Counted from the whole stretch's first letter, positions 27,422-40,362 are shown. The stretch is DNA of 63,930 nt, filler included, from Octopus bimaculoides (GCF_001194135.2; 9 parts of 6 records of this genome joined end to end with filler, not necessarily neighbours in it); one strand, 5' to 3'. Translations and numbers: made by a program. Notes: generated by a model from the letters alone, not told the origin.

Positions 27422-28606
27422 ACACATCTTTTACTTGTATCAGTCATTAGACTGTGGTCATGCTGGGGCACTGACTGTCTATTTACTTTTGCATGGTCTT
27501 TCTCAAAATGTTGCTTATTCAGTGGGTCACTACTTATTACTTATTCTCCAAATCAAAGTATCTTCATTCATTATAAGTGTTTATTTAACATGGTATTACA
27601 TTTCTTATACATGCTTTATTTAGTATTTTCCCTCACTGTACTCAGAGTTAAGTTTTGCAATTTTCCTCTTCTTTTAAATCACTAGGCTAACGCAAACTAT
27701 ATTTATTATATAATAGTTATATAATAGAATTATATTGCTAATTAAATCTTAAATGCTGGATATCATCAACTGATGTTTCATTACTGAACAGCAGACATCA
27801 TCAATTGATGTTTCAAAAATTTCCCATGGATATGGCCATCATCAAAGGAAAGTAAATATTTTATGGGACAATTTTTGTAATGAGACTAAATTTTACTGTG
27901 CAAGAGACCAACACTTATAGATTTTGTACTTATTTAAAGTGAAAATAATTATAAAAATTACCCTGAAAAAGAGATTTTGGCTCACATATTCATGCCAACC
28001 TTTCTTACCATTTAAGTGTAAATACTAAAATTAATTTTAGTATCTCAGTTAAGAATGTATCTCCTTATTCAAGTGAGCAGTTCAAAAAGTTCATGGCTGT
28101 TTATATATAAAAAATACAAAAATGGGACAAGAACGCAAAACATCCAAACAGTTAGGTGATACAAAAAAAAGGACAACAAAACATGCAAACAGACGATGCA
28201 AAGAAAACAAGGACGGGTCATTCGGAGTTTTCTTTCCTCAGTCGAGTTCCAGATTATCTTTGCAGTTTCGGCTGGTTATACTTGAGATTGCTCCAATCTG
28301 GCCAGGGCTAAGAGCACTAGATNNNNNNNNNNATCTGGCCAGGGCTAAGAGCACTAGATTCTTTGGAAGAAAGCAGTGAATGTATACGAAAATAAGGACG
28401 GGGGGGAAAAACGGAGAAATGGTACACAAATACAAATAACAGGACATTAACAGTGGGTGTCTTTCGACTAAGGACGAATTAAATTAAGCTGGCGTGTGTG
28501 GAACGGCAGGGACATAAAATTTGACAGGCACAGGGAGGAATATAGATGTTGCACGGATGGTGGTCGAACCAAGAAAGAAAGGTCAGGCTAGTTATATTGC
28601 ATCATC

Positions 28607-28790
28607 ATCATTTAACGTCTGTTTTCCATGCTGGCGTGGGTTGGATGGTTTGACTGAGGTCTGGAAATCTAGCACTGTACCAGGCTCCAATCTGATCAGG
28701 CAATATTTCTACAGCTGGATACCTTTCCTAATGTCAATCACTCTGGGAGTGTAGTGGGTGGTTTTTACGTGTCACTGGCACAGGAGCCAG
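28607..28790 (-). mobile_element. RTE LINE 3'UTR fragment
   Basis: catcatcatcatttaacgtctgttttccatgctggcgtgggttggatgg..., reverse of the 25213-25543 end. Confidence 0.8.
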
Positions 28791-29523
28791 TTAGGAAAAT
28801 ATTGTTTACAGACCTTTTCTAGAAGCTCATATTTTTCCTTGAATTCTGGGTTTTGGAAAATATTTGTTAGACTCCCCAATGAGAATTGTTACAAGCATAC
28901 AGAAATCACTTTGAATATCTAAGTCTGAAGTCCTCCATGGTTTCTTCCGATATCAAAATGATGAATAGGTGAATTAGAACCATTAAAATTTCTTAAAATT
29001 TCCGTTTTATATTATTATTGATGTTTACCAGTTTCTTATAAGTCTGTAACTGAGAGGGTATTTATGTCAGTTCACACCTACATAGGCATCCAATGTAATT
29101 AATAAAAGCATGATATGAGTTGCCAGTCTGTGTGTAATCTTGAGTGGCGGTGGTTGTAGTTTTAGCTTTAAAGATTTCCAAACTTAATGAGGTTTCTTTT
29201 TTTTGCTTCCCAACCACAGGATTCTACCTTCAGTTTCACTGCAAGGCACCTTGGGCAAGTGGCTTCTGCTATAGCGTCAGGGTAACCAAAGTTTCAGAAA
29301 ATGAAAATAAAGCCCATTGTATACAAGTGTGTGAGTGGATTTGGTAGAGGGAAACGTTAAGAACGCGCACATGTACATACATACACAAGCGTGCTCGCAC
29401 ACCCACGTGAATATGCATATATGCACATGTTCACTCACACTCGCGTGAAACACATCATACACACCCACACATACACCTATATGTATACATATATATGAAT
29501 CCATACACATGTATGTATGTATA

Positions 29524-29754
29524 TTGGCACTCCGTCGCTTACGACGTCGAGGATGCCAGTTGATCCGATCAACGGAACAGCCTGCTCGTGAAATTAACGT
29601 GCAATTGGCTGAGCACTCCACAGACACGTGTACCCTTAACATAGTTCTCGGGGATATTCAGCATGACACAGTGTGACAAGGCTGACCCTTTGAATTACAG
29701 GCACAACAGAAACAGGAAGTAAGAGTGAGAGAAAGTTGTGGTGAAAGAGTACAG
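29524..29754 (-). mobile_element. SINE family C, 3' two-thirds (inverted arm)
   Basis: Reverse complement of the family C body from ctgtactctttcacc to ggagtgccaa. Confidence 0.92.
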
Positions 29755-30119
29755 TGGTTAGGGAACCAGACGCGCGGTCATAGGATCATGGTTTCGATTC
29801 CCAGACCGGGTGTTGTGAGTGTTTATTGAGCGAAAACACCTAAAGCTCCACGAGGCTCCGGCAGGGGATGGTGGCGAACCCTGTTGTACTCTTCTACCAC
29901 AACTTTCTCTCACTCTTACTTCCTGTTTCTGTTGTGCCTGTAATTCAAAGGGTCAGCCTTGTCACACTGTGTCACGCTGAATATCCCCGAGAACTATGTT
30001 AAGGGTACACGTGTCAGTGGAGTATACAGCATCTTGCACGTTAATTTCACGAGCAGGCTGTTCCGTTGATCGGATCAGCTGGAACCCTCGTCGTCGCAAG
30101 CGACGGAGTGCCAACAACA
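29755..30119 (+). mobile_element. SINE family C lacking the first ~20 bp
   Basis: Starts tggttaggg (inside the A-box) and ends ggagtgccaacaaca; aligns with 13427-13817. Confidence 0.92.
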
Positions 30120-30834
30120 TCTTCCATGAAAAACAAATCAGGTCATAGGAAGATATTATCTTGCTTGGAAACGAGGGTTCACAAGAAGGGTACCCAGCTG
30201 AAGAATATCTGCCACAATGAATTCCATCTGACTCATGCAAGCATGAATAAGTGGACGTTAAATTGATGATGATGATGTTAAGAGAAAAAAATTAAGCATC
30301 ACAGAACGGCCGATACAGCTCTCTCTCTTTCTTTCTCCCTCACGCTCTCTCTCTCCCTTTCTCTTTCTTCTTCCCTCTAACTCTCTTTCTCCCTCTAGCT
30401 CTCTCTTTTTCTTTCTTTCGCCCTCGCGTGCTCTCTCACTTTTTTCTCTTTCTTTCTCCCTCTCTTTCTCTTCCTCTCCCGCTTTCTTTCTCCCTCTCAC
30501 TCTCTCTCACTTTCTTTTTCCCTCTCTCTCTTTCAACCTCTCACTCTTTCTTTCTCCCTCGTTTCANNNNNNNNNNNNNNNNNNNNNNNNNNNNNNNNNN
30601 NNNNNNNNNNTTAATTAATTAANNNNNNNNNNNNNNNNNNNNNNNNNNNNNNNNNNNNNNNNNNNNCCATATATAGTGTTCCTTTTAGTCTTTCAGCCTG
30701 TCCCGTTGTTAGTTGTAGTTTTTACACATTATTAATTATCGTGTTAGTGTAAGTTCTGGAGGAGACACAGTTTTACTTTTTCGATGACAGGAGATAAAAT
30801 TTTTGATTCCAGAACGTATTTAATAAGCGTGTCC

Positions 30835-31200
30835 CAATCCTGCTTTTTCTCACGGACAGCTCTATGTCGGATGCTCTAGAGTTGGAAATCCGGAAAATTT
30901 ATTCATCTTTGCACCCAACGACAAAACCAAAAACATTGTGCATCACGAAGCCCTGCAAGACTGAAATTTTGGAACAAATATGCCTCTCCCGCCGACAGTC
31001 TCTCTCGCCAACCTCTGAAAAGCTCTCTCGCCAACCTCCGACAATTTCTCCCTCCTCCAGCTGACAGTTTTTGTATTTTTTCGTGACGGAAAATACACCT
31101 TTTGTGACAGTTATAAGAAAATTGCCTTTTTATATCAGAGTAATAAGGCGTTTAAATAGAACATCTTTACGCCTGGGAATTACCGAGTACACCAGCTAGT
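30835..31200 (+). mobile_element. Helitron 3' end (PIF1-like helicase C-terminus plus CTAG terminus)
   Basis: FSHGQLYVGCSRVGNPENLFIFAPNDKTKNIVHHEALQD* (stop 30962-30964); degenerate subterminal GC-rich motif and CTAG-T at 31196-31200. Confidence 0.88.
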
Positions 31201-31342
31201 ATATATGTATATATAGAGTAGAGCTAGACGAAACAATTGGCGGTTCTGATTTTACTTTGAGACTCAATACTGGCGTGGTTCTCTGTTGTCCTTCGTAGAA
31301 CCATTTGTGAATATAAACTCATGATAACAATACAATAGCTTA

Positions 31343-31556
31343 AAGCAGTGATGTGGCAAAATCGTTAGCACGCTGGACGAAATACTTAACGGTATTTCAT
31401 CTGTCTTCAGGTTCTGAGTTCAAATTCCGCCGAGTTCTACGTTGCCTTTCATGCTCTTGGGGTCGATAAAATAAGTATCATTTGGGTAGTGGAGTAAATG
31501 CATTTGAATTATTCTCTCCTCCAAAATTTCCGGCTTTGGACTAAAATTTGAAACCA
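31343..31556 (+). mobile_element. SINE family A
   Basis: tggcaaaatcgttagcacgctggacgaaatac...gttcaaattccgccgag...ggggtcgataaaataagta. Confidence 0.85.
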
Positions 31557-32240
31557 ACAATGCAACAGTTCTCTGCATCCTTGTGGTAACAATTTATTCT
31601 TAAATAGAGCAAACTGAAAACTAAAGCTGCGTCTACGACATAGTAACCTCATTGAACCATTGAGAATTGAATGCTTTTCTGGTATCATGGCACGAACTGT
31701 TCACGTCATTCTTCGATGTCAGTTGCGATAATAAATCAAACTAAGGTCGTCGTTGCATAACATTTGAGTTTATCCCTAACCAGCTGTCTTTTAGAGAAGT
31801 GGCGCCGTCTCACCTATTCTGTTGTCACTGAATTGAATGTCTGTGACAATTGCTGTTCAACCGAGCAAAACTGGGTTAATTAGGGTATCATTAATGTAGT
31901 GACACATGTAATTGAGTGGAGATGAAGGGTAAAGAAACGGGAAAAGAAATGGAATTGGGCAGAAAATGAAAAAAAAATGGGGGGAATGAGAACAAGAAAG
32001 AAGTAATTCGTAATTTTTAAAAGGCTGTGAGATGGTAGAAACACTATGGAAAGGATGTCGTAACAGAGGAACTGTCGGAGTTAACGCAGGGGCTTTTGAA
32101 TCAGAAATTTCTAGAATTATGATTTCGATTCTTTTTACTCAATTTTTGATGACCAGACACTCAGAGGATCATGCTGTCAGTGGTTTAGGCGGGGTGGTAA
32201 CTGAGCAGGTTGGCTCTTAGAAATGTCTACAGTATACACA

Positions 32241-32590
32241 TAGGTGCGGGCATGGGGGTGTGGTAAGAAGCTTGCTTCCCAACCAAACGGTTCCGAGTTC
32301 AGTCCCACTCTGTAGTACCTTGGACAATTGACTTCTACTATAGCCTCGGGCCGACCAAAGTCTTGTGAGTGGGTTTAGTTGGTGGAAACTAAAAGAAGCC
32401 CATCTTATATATATGTATATATATATGTGTGTGTGTGTGTGTCTTTGTGTCAGTGTTTGTTCCCCACTTACAGACTGACAACCGGTGTTGGTGAGGTTAC
32501 GTCTACGTAAATTAGCGATTCGGCAAAAGAGACCGATAAAATAAGCATCAGGCTTTAAGAAAATATCAGTCCTGAGGTCATTCATTCGAT
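32241..32590 (+). mobile_element. SINE family B (diverged, 3'-truncated)
   Basis: Head, central domain, microsatellite and tail present; abuts an inverted family A head. Confidence 0.85.
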
Positions 32591-32680
32591 TCGGCGGAAT
32601 TTGAACTCGAACGTAACGGCAGACGAAATACCGCTAAGCATTTCGCCCGGTGTGCTAACGTTTCTGCCAGCTCGCCGCCT
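32591..32680 (-). mobile_element. SINE family A head only
   Basis: Reverse complement of ggcggcgagctggcagaaacgttagcacaccgggcgaaatgcttagcggtatttcg...gttcaaattccgccga. Confidence 0.9.
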
Positions 32681-34222
32681 TTTTTCTACCTACCTACCTA
32701 CCTACTTAGATAAGTAGTTCTTAACTATCTATCTATCTATCTATCTATCTATATCTCCCCCTCTTCCTTCTACATTGTAAGACTCTAGCTTCAGAATCAT
32801 CTATTCTGTCCCACATACTTGATTAAATCCTTTCTCTACCCGCCCCCCTCTCTCTCTCTGTCCCTTCATCATTCACAACTAAATACTCGAAACGTTAGAT
32901 TCCACATAAATAGTGGCAATTAAATTTATCGAAATATATTGTGAACCTTCCTATATATTCCTCCTCTTTACGTTTCTACTTGAACTCTAACTAGTATGCA
33001 CCTGGGGAAAATCCACGGTCATTACGTGTTCAATGTTATAGTGAATTACACGCGACAAACGGCAAACTTTATCTAAAGGGATTAATTGGCTAAGATAAAA
33101 GTTCTTCTTTAGCAGTTAACAAATAATAAAATATACATGCAATTATGCACACACACACACACACACACACACATACATGTATACTATANNNNNNNNNNNN
33201 NNNNNNNNNNNNNNNNNNNNNNNNNNNNNNNNNNNNNNNNNNNNNNNNNNNNNNNNNNNNNNNNNNNNNNNNNNNNNNNNNNNNNNNNNNNNNNNNNNNN
33301 NNNNNNNNNNNNNNNNNNNNNNNNNNNNNNNNNNNNNNNNNNNNNNNNNNNNNNNNNNNNNNNNNNGGGGGGGGTGACAGTTAAACTTATGATGCATATT
33401 TCTCCTTAGAATTCAGCTGATTAAAAGACCTGTCGGAATTTCAGCGAAATATAAAGATAGTTGGTGAAAGTATGAAATCATATAATTGCCTTTTATTATG
33501 CGCATGTCAGAAAGACGACCATAGTCTCCAAGACATGGAGACTATGCAGCCAATTATATTAGTAGATAGCTTCTGTTGCTTCGAACTAGCAGGCTTCATG
33601 CAATTTCCATTCAAGCCCATCATATTCGCCTCGTATAATTCTGATGCTCAAATGTGCAGTCGTCCGGAATACCTGCCTTCTCAAGATTTTCTCCACTGAT
33701 ATCGTCTTCAAAATTTCAAACGAACAACTCAAAATATCTTAGCAACCAGCGACAGTCTAGCAGTCATACATGTTGCTCAGATGAAACATAAAAAAATAAT
33801 ACACACACACACACAAATCGCAGCAATTGTTTTTCACTTCAGAACACTATATCAGTAATACAGGTACACCACCGATTTTCCAGTAGCCTTGCTTCCAAAG
33901 TGTTGAGCGATTAACAGTTTTGCCGGACCATTTATTGTCACGTAATTGTAATTCATCAAAACACTTCTAACCTACTAATTATACACGTTTAATGTCTTAA
34001 ATATCACACAGCTTATACATCGAAGCATCACGATTCATTTTTTTCAACGGCTTACTTTATCACGCATCGATATGGATCGGTGTTTACGTTTGATGCTTAT
34101 CAATGGCGCTCTCTTAGTTCTTTTACCTGCAGTAGCCATAAGCAAGAGTAACTTTAAGCTAAATAAGTAGAGACTTCCTCTCAAAGTTTTCGTATCGCTG
34201 CTAACAAGTGCAGCATAAATAA

Positions 34223-34439
34223 CCCTTTCTACTATAGACACAAGGCCTGAAATTTTTTGGGGGAAGCTGCCAGTAGATTTGACCGACCCCAGTACGCAAC
34301 TGGTATTTAATTTATCGACTCCGAAAGGATGAAAGGCAAAGTCGACCTCGGCGGAATTTGAACTCAGAACGAGAAGACGGACGAAATGTCGTTAAGCATT
34401 TTGCCCGGCGTCCTAACGATTCTGCCAGCTCGCCACCAT
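34223..34439 (-). mobile_element. Full-length SINE family A with 17-bp TSD
   Basis: TSD aagtgcagcataaataa at 34206-34222 and 34440-34456 defines both ends. Confidence 0.93.
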
Positions 34440-34504
34440 AAGTGCAGCATAAATAATGTATATAAACACATGGAACACACATCACCTGTAGTCGCGCTAT
34501 GAAC

Positions 34505-35012
34505 TATTAGGTTGGCAACTAAGTTCCCACCGTTTTTTTTAAATTTAAATTTTTTAAAAGGTTTAATAAAAAATGACAACTAATTAATCAATAATGTATT
34601 CAGCCTTGTTGTTTACAACTTCTTCCCAACGTTCAACAAGATTTTCAATACCTCGTTGGTAGAAATCACCCGATTTCGACTCGAAAAATTGATCCAACCA
34701 AGCTCTCAATTCTGCATCAGTATTGAACGAAACTCTGCGCATACCATTTGAAAGAGATCAAAAGAGGTGGAAATCCGTTGGTGCCAAATCAGGAGAGTAC
34801 GGCAGGTGTGGCAGCACTTCCCAGCCATGCGTTTGAATAGCTTCCTTGGTCATATTGGTGATATGAGGGCGGGCGTTGTTGTGCAGCAGAAGAACTCCAT
34901 GCTGACGATTAGGTCTTTTCTCTTGAGTAGCCATGTTGAGTCGTTCCCTCTGTTGAACATAGAGTTCCGCGTTGACCGTTTGGTTCCGTTCAAGCAATTC
35001 GTCATGGAGAGA
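34505..35012 (-). mobile_element. Mariner (DD34D) transposon 3' half with TIR
   Basis: ELLERNQTVNAELY...LLLHNNARPH...GWEVLPHLPYSPDLAPTDFHLF, with a frameshifted continuation to EYIID-like end; TA plus TIR ttaggttggcaactaagttccc at 34505-34535. Second catalytic Asp appears as Asn. Confidence 0.93.
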
Positions 35013-35019
35013 GAGAGCG

Positions 35020-35048
35020 GGGTAGATAGATAGATAGATAGATAGATG

Positions 35049-35081
<33 letters not shown>

Positions 35082-35082
35082 G

Positions 35083-35116
<34 letters not shown>

Positions 35117-35180
35117 TGACATGACATGATATGATATGATATGATATTATATGATATGATATATGTATATATATGTGTAC
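35020..35180. repeat. (GATA)n/(GATAT)n microsatellite
   Basis: Direct sequence; the mariner relic ends at this array. Confidence 0.95.
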
Positions 35181-35719
35181 AAATATTTCGTGCAAGGCCG
35201 AAATACGTAAGTTTGAGACTGGGCGCCCAGTGACATAGCTTGGAGAATGACAACTTCAAAATCAAACGTGGGTTCCTTTCACTAGACAAGTCTAGTAAAA
35301 AAAAAAAAAAAAAAGGATCCCTGATTAGCTAAAATACGTCAACGTTTTCGTTTTGCTCGTCATTGGATATTCAACTAGGGATACTCAGAGAGTGAGTTAC
35401 GTGTCGTATAAGCGTATGCCACGCTAATTCAACGATGTACATATGTGTCGTCGCCATGTCTTGTTCATTTTGTCGTTTAAGAGTCATCTAAGATCACATG
35501 GGCGTATAGAAGTGAACAGGGATGGACTAAACAATGAATAATGAAACTGTTTTCATTTAACATGATTAAGCAATCATCATTTATGTATGTATATGTTATG
35601 TACACTCTTACAAGCTGATGAGTCACTGTGTTGTTATTACATATCACTCGCTTTCATTGTTTTAGAAGTTTGTATACAAAAGGCATGCATATGTTTTTTA
35701 TTTTTTTGTTTGTTTGTTT

Positions 35720-36000
35720 TTTATAGTTATTTCCGCCACTGGACTGCAGCGCCACTTTCAACGGTTTAGTCGAATACAATAATTTTGCATTTACTTTTCA
35801 ATTCTGGTACTTATTAAGTCGGATCACTTTAGCTGAAACGCTAAGTTACAGGGACGTAGACAAACCAACGCCGGTCGTCAAGCGGTGGTGAGGGAGAAAC
35901 ACAAATACGAAGACACAAACATACATGTCGGCCCGGGCCTATAGTGGAAAACATTTAGCTAATGAGCCGTGCAGTGGAATTGAACCCGAAGCTACATGCT
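35720..36000 (-). mobile_element. Old SINE family B relic
   Basis: gctgaaacgctaagttacagggacgtagacaaaccaacgccggtcgtcaagcggtggtg...cgtgcagtggaattgaacccg. Confidence 0.7.
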
Positions 36001-37561
36001 TTTGTGTGTGTGTTTATGTATGTATGTATGTATGTATGTACTGTGAAGCGAACGTTCATTCAGCGTCCGTCACTGGTCTGCTAAAATATCAACGTGACCT
36101 CCATTGAGCAATGAAGGCTCAAATACACTCCTAAAAATTTTCATGCCTTTTGCCTTGTACCTATAGAAACGATTTATTAGCGCAGTTTATTTAGGGGTGT
36201 ATTTTTGTAGATTTCCTCACAAATATCTAATTATCCAAGAATATTGATGGAATAGTGATGGAAAAGTTGTGATCAGTGTTTCATGTCTTAGAACAACGTT
36301 GCTGTTGGGTCCTCTATCAATGAAAAGCCACCAGACTGAACCCAATAGTAAGAAGCCACTTTTAGTTTTTCCTGGCTCTAACTCCATATATATTAGGAAT
36401 TAAATACGCAAATGAAAAAGCTACATTTAGCTTCATGCTATTATGATACTTGAACAGGCATATTTATGAAATACGCCATGTATCTATAAGCAATTATAAC
36501 ATACAATAGAAGCATGGAATACACATATCCAATACCCGGAGTTTCAGATGATGAACGGTCGTACATGCGTTTTATTACCGATCGGAAATCGTTAAAATCA
36601 TATCCGCTACTGCCGGGAAACTCAGCGTACAGGATAGGAGTGAACCATGCTTGTTTTGTATATTAAATATATTCCTCTATTTCAATGATACTGAGGTTTA
36701 CTTCTTTTGCTGTTAGACACGTTGTTTACTGGCATGTATGTGTGTGTGCGTGTGCGAGAGAGAGAGAGAGAGAGAGAGAGNNNNNNNNNNNNNNNNNNNN
36801 NNNNNNNNNNNNNNNNNNNNNNNNNNNNNNNNNNNNNNNNNNNNNNNNNNNNNNNNNNNNNNNNNNNNNNNNNNNNNNNNNNNNNNNNNNNNNNNNNNNN
36901 NNNNNNNNNNNNNNNNNNNNNNNNNNNNNNNNNNNNNNNNNNNNNNNNNNNNNNNNNNNNNNNNNNNNNNNNNNNNNNNNNNNNNNNNNNNNNNNNNNNN
37001 NNNNNNNNNNNNNNNNNNNNNNNNNNNNNNNNNNNNNNNNNNNNNNNNNNNNNNNNNNNNNNNNNNNNNNNNNNNNNNNNNNNNNNNNNNNNNNNNNNNN
37101 NNNNNNNNNNNNNNNNNNNNNNNNNNNNNNNNNNNNNNNNNNNNNNNNNNNNNNNNNNNNNNNNNNNNNNNNNNNNNNNNNNNNNNNNNNNNNNNNNNNN
37201 NNNNNNNNNNNNNNNNNNNNNNNNNNNNNNNNNNNNNNNNNNNNNNNNNNNNNNNNNNNNNNNNNNNNNNNNNNNNNNNNNNNNNNNNNNNNNNNNNNNN
37301 NNNNNNNNNNNNNNNNNNNNNNNNNNNNNNNNNNNNNNNNNNNNNNNNNNNNNNNNNNNNNNNNNNNNNNNNNNNNNNNNNNNNNNNNNNNNNNNNNNNN
37401 NNNNNNNNNNNNNNNNNNNNNNNNNNNNNNNNNNNNNNNNNNNNNNNNNNNNNNNNNNNNNNNNNNNNNNNNNNNNNNNNNNNNNNNNNNNNNNNNNNNN
37501 NNNNNNNNNNNNNNNNNNNNNNNNNNNNNNNNNNNNNNNNNNNNNNNNNNNNNNNNNNNNN

Positions 37562-37717
37562 AAACACTGTCTGTAGCTGGTATTCTCTTGGAAGAGCCCT
37601 GCTTCTCACATGGACAACTGTATGTTGGCTGCTCAAGAGTGGGCAGCAACAAAAAACCTATTTGTATATGCTCCACAAGGGAAAACAAGGAACATAGTTT
37701 ACAATGAGGTGTTATAA
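37562..37717 (+). mobile_element. Helitron helicase C-terminal relic
   Basis: TLSVAGILLEEPCFSHGQLYVGCSRVGSNK, frameshift, NLFVYAPQGKTRNIVYNEVL*. Confidence 0.9.
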
Positions 37718-37836
37718 TCACAACAGCAAGAAAGTATGTACATGATCACGTTCTTTTACGAAACTTCATTGACTTTCATATATTTATATTGATATACATA
37801 TATATACGTGTGTTTGGGTGCGTGTGTGTATATACA

Positions 37837-37927
37837 TCTCTATATATAAAGATGATGCGTAGTCTAGACGGCGTTTTTAGATTTCATTATTCTCTTTAAC
37901 TCGGGCAACGCCGGGTATTTCTGCTAA
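37837..37927 (+). mobile_element. ~90-bp non-autonomous Helitron or Helitron terminus
   Basis: 5' TC(tctatatataaa), subterminal tcgggcaacgccggg hairpin-like motif, 3' CTAA (CTRR), inserted between A and T. Confidence 0.7.
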
Positions 37928-38363
37928 TATATATATATATATATGTAATGTGTTTACGCATGCGTGTGCGCAGACGTACTCACAGAAGACATAATGTATG
38001 TCTCTTTGAGCTACGAACTAACGCAGAATAGGTTTTAACGTAGATTAAATACATTAATTATGAATTACAAAAGTAAATGATTTATTATGTAATGTAAACA
38101 TTGCTAATTTAATATACAAAACTTGTATCATTCAGTAAAAGCCCTGATATTTAGATGTTCATAGTCCGAGCTTATCAATCTGAACACAAACACACACAAA
38201 CGCGCACCCGCACACACACACACACATAAATATAGATTATATATACTTGAAGATGAATATATACATATATACATGTGTATATATAAACATATGTGTGTGT
38301 ATGTATATATAAATATATATGTTTATATTTATGTATGTATACATATACATGTATATCTATATG

Positions 38364-38437
<74 letters not shown>

Positions 38438-38679
38438 NNNNNNNNNNNNNNNNNNNNNNNNNNNNNNNNNNNNNNNNNNNNTTAATTAATTAANNNNNNN
38501 NNNNNNNNNNNNNNNNNNNNNNNNNNNNNNNNNNNNNATATATATATTCATTCATTTCTTTATACATATATATCTATATCCTTTTGTCCTTTTAAACATT
38601 TCAGCCTTGAAGGTTATGGTAATGTTGCAGTACCGCCTGTGTAATCACCTTTTCAATAAGCGATCTTATGTGATTTGGT

Positions 38680-38925
38680 TTTTGGTAAAGGAGGGAGTAC
38701 GATACAGCTGCCCTCTTTTGGGTTTTCTGTCTTGATATAGGTTCATCTGGGACCTTCCATATCAGGAGGTCAAGTTGTTTCTAGAAAACATCTACCTCTA
38801 CTCCATGAAGACGCCTCAGTTGTTTTGGTAAGGCGTGAAATAGCTGTGGGCTCTTGCAGCACATGTTCCTCACTCTAGACGGGATAGCTGAGGTCTTTGT
38901 TATAGTTTGGTAACGTCCAGTTCAG
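38680..38925 (-). mobile_element. CR1/L2-group LINE ORF2 C-terminal relic
   Basis: PSRVRNMCCKSPQLFHALPKQLRRLHGVEVDVF*KQLDLLIWKVPDEPISRQKTQKRAAVSYSLLYQ resembles the GPxLFNxLP...LD...VPDEP tail of this RT group. Clade not resolved. Confidence 0.7.
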
Positions 38926-38955
38926 ACGCTGGTAAAACTATATATATATATATAT

Positions 38956-39154
38956 GGTGAGAATTTACAAATAAACAACAAAAGACGAAGACGGATGTGT
39001 AACAACAAGCAGATGTATTAGTTTAACGCTCGGGAAGTGAGAAAGTCTTTAACGTATCGAGCCTATTCTCTTCGACCGAAAGGAACACAGAAAATAAACA
39101 GGAAGAGAAAATAGAAAAATGTTTAGTGGCCAGCGATCTATCATGGCGAATGCC
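38956..39154 (-). mobile_element. Penelope-like non-autonomous repeat in (TA)n
   Basis: Flanked by (TA)n, shares tttaacgctc...gctcttcgacagaaaggaa with 57240-57400, and carries a hammerhead-like fold. Penelope assignment is inferred. Confidence 0.5.
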
Positions 39155-39174
39155 ATATACATATATATATATAT

Positions 39175-39975
39175 ATCAGGCTGAGTTGAAAGTAAGCAAC
39201 GTTTTGAAACTTGAAATTCATCACAATGTATTTCAAGAATGCAGAAATTTTATTCATCAATGTAAGTACCATTGCAATCAACACATTTTTGCCTGCCAGT
39301 TACAAGTTTCTTTATTGCGGTAACATAAAAATCGGGAGTTCTGGAACCGATGAACTCTTTGAACGCACTTTCAGCATCGGTTTGATTCTTGAATCTCCTT
39401 CTCTCACTAGAAACCATCAATGCGCTTGAAAATGTGGTAGTCGGTACGAGAAAGGTCTGCGCTGTCATTAGTGAAACGTGTGGTCCAGCATTGTCATGAA
39501 GTATGATTGGCCCTCTTCTGTTGCCCAGTCTAGGACGGAGGACAATATGTTTCAGCAGTAATTTTTTCCGGGTTTTAAGTAGTTATAGTTGTTGATTCCA
39601 GCACCACACAACCAAACGGTTACCATAAACATATTTTTGAAAAGCTCAGATTTAGGGAAGGTTTGCGGTGCTTCATTTTGGTCCAACCATTGCAAAGGGC
39701 GTTTTTTTTTATCGCAAGTCACGATACGGTCGAGAAATGGATAGGTTTAGTTACGGAGAAGAAGCGATGAGGAAATTTCATATCTGCTCAATTTCTGATT
39801 TTCATTCAAATCGTGTGGTCCCAATTTGTCGAGTATTTTTGCTTCTATGATCGCATGCAAATAGTTGCAAGCAGTTTTCTGGCTAACTTGAAGTACTTTT
39901 GCCAATTTCCGAGACGTTTTACGTGGATCTTTGTTAATGATGGTCGTTAACCGACTGTCATCGATGACAGATTAG
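39175..39975 (-). mobile_element. Mariner (Hsmar1/SETMAR-like) transposase relic with TIR
   Basis: Frameshifted DPRKTSRKLAKVL...GPHDLNENQK...FLDRIVTCD...RGPIILHDNAGPH...TDYHIF...KEFIGSRTPDFYVTAIKKLVTGRQKCVDCNGTYIDE*; terminus tatcaggctgagttgaaagtaagc. Confidence 0.9.
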
Positions 39976-40320
39976 CGTCTACTGTGCTTACGATCTGAGT
40001 CTGTGCGTATATAGATATACATCGGTATAATTGTGCTTCTATATTTATGTTTGCTGTTGTGCTTGTCCGCTCACTGCTTAGTTAAATCAAGGATTGTAAA
40101 TCGCTTATACAGTCTTACACCCAGTTATATCAAATGCATACATATATTTGACTGTTTCAGTGTAAAAACACACGCATATACATGTAGCTCTATGTATGTA
40201 TATTTGTATGTATATGTATATATATACTGTGTCATGCTGATGGGCGAGCCAGTGAGCTACTGAAATGCTGAATATTCAATGAAATGGACAATGTGAGCCT
40301 GTGTGCATACACACACGCGC

Positions 40321-40362
<42 letters not shown>

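Noticed and set aside
28296-28359. 27-bp direct repeat around a 10-N gap
   Set aside because: Looks like an unmerged contig overlap, not a biological duplication.
28130-28570. Possible Penelope-like relic with CTGAGGA and GAAAC boxes on the minus strand
   Set aside because: Could not pair stems I and III, and no GIY-YIG or RT motif was found.
33520-33546. Perfect 11-bp hairpin catagtctcca-agaca-tggagactatg
   Set aside because: Isolated, with no U-tract or context; compatible with chance or a tiny TE remnant.
36514-36666. ~50-codon ORF MEYTYPIPGVSDDERSYMRF...
   Set aside because: Short and without homology; expected by chance.
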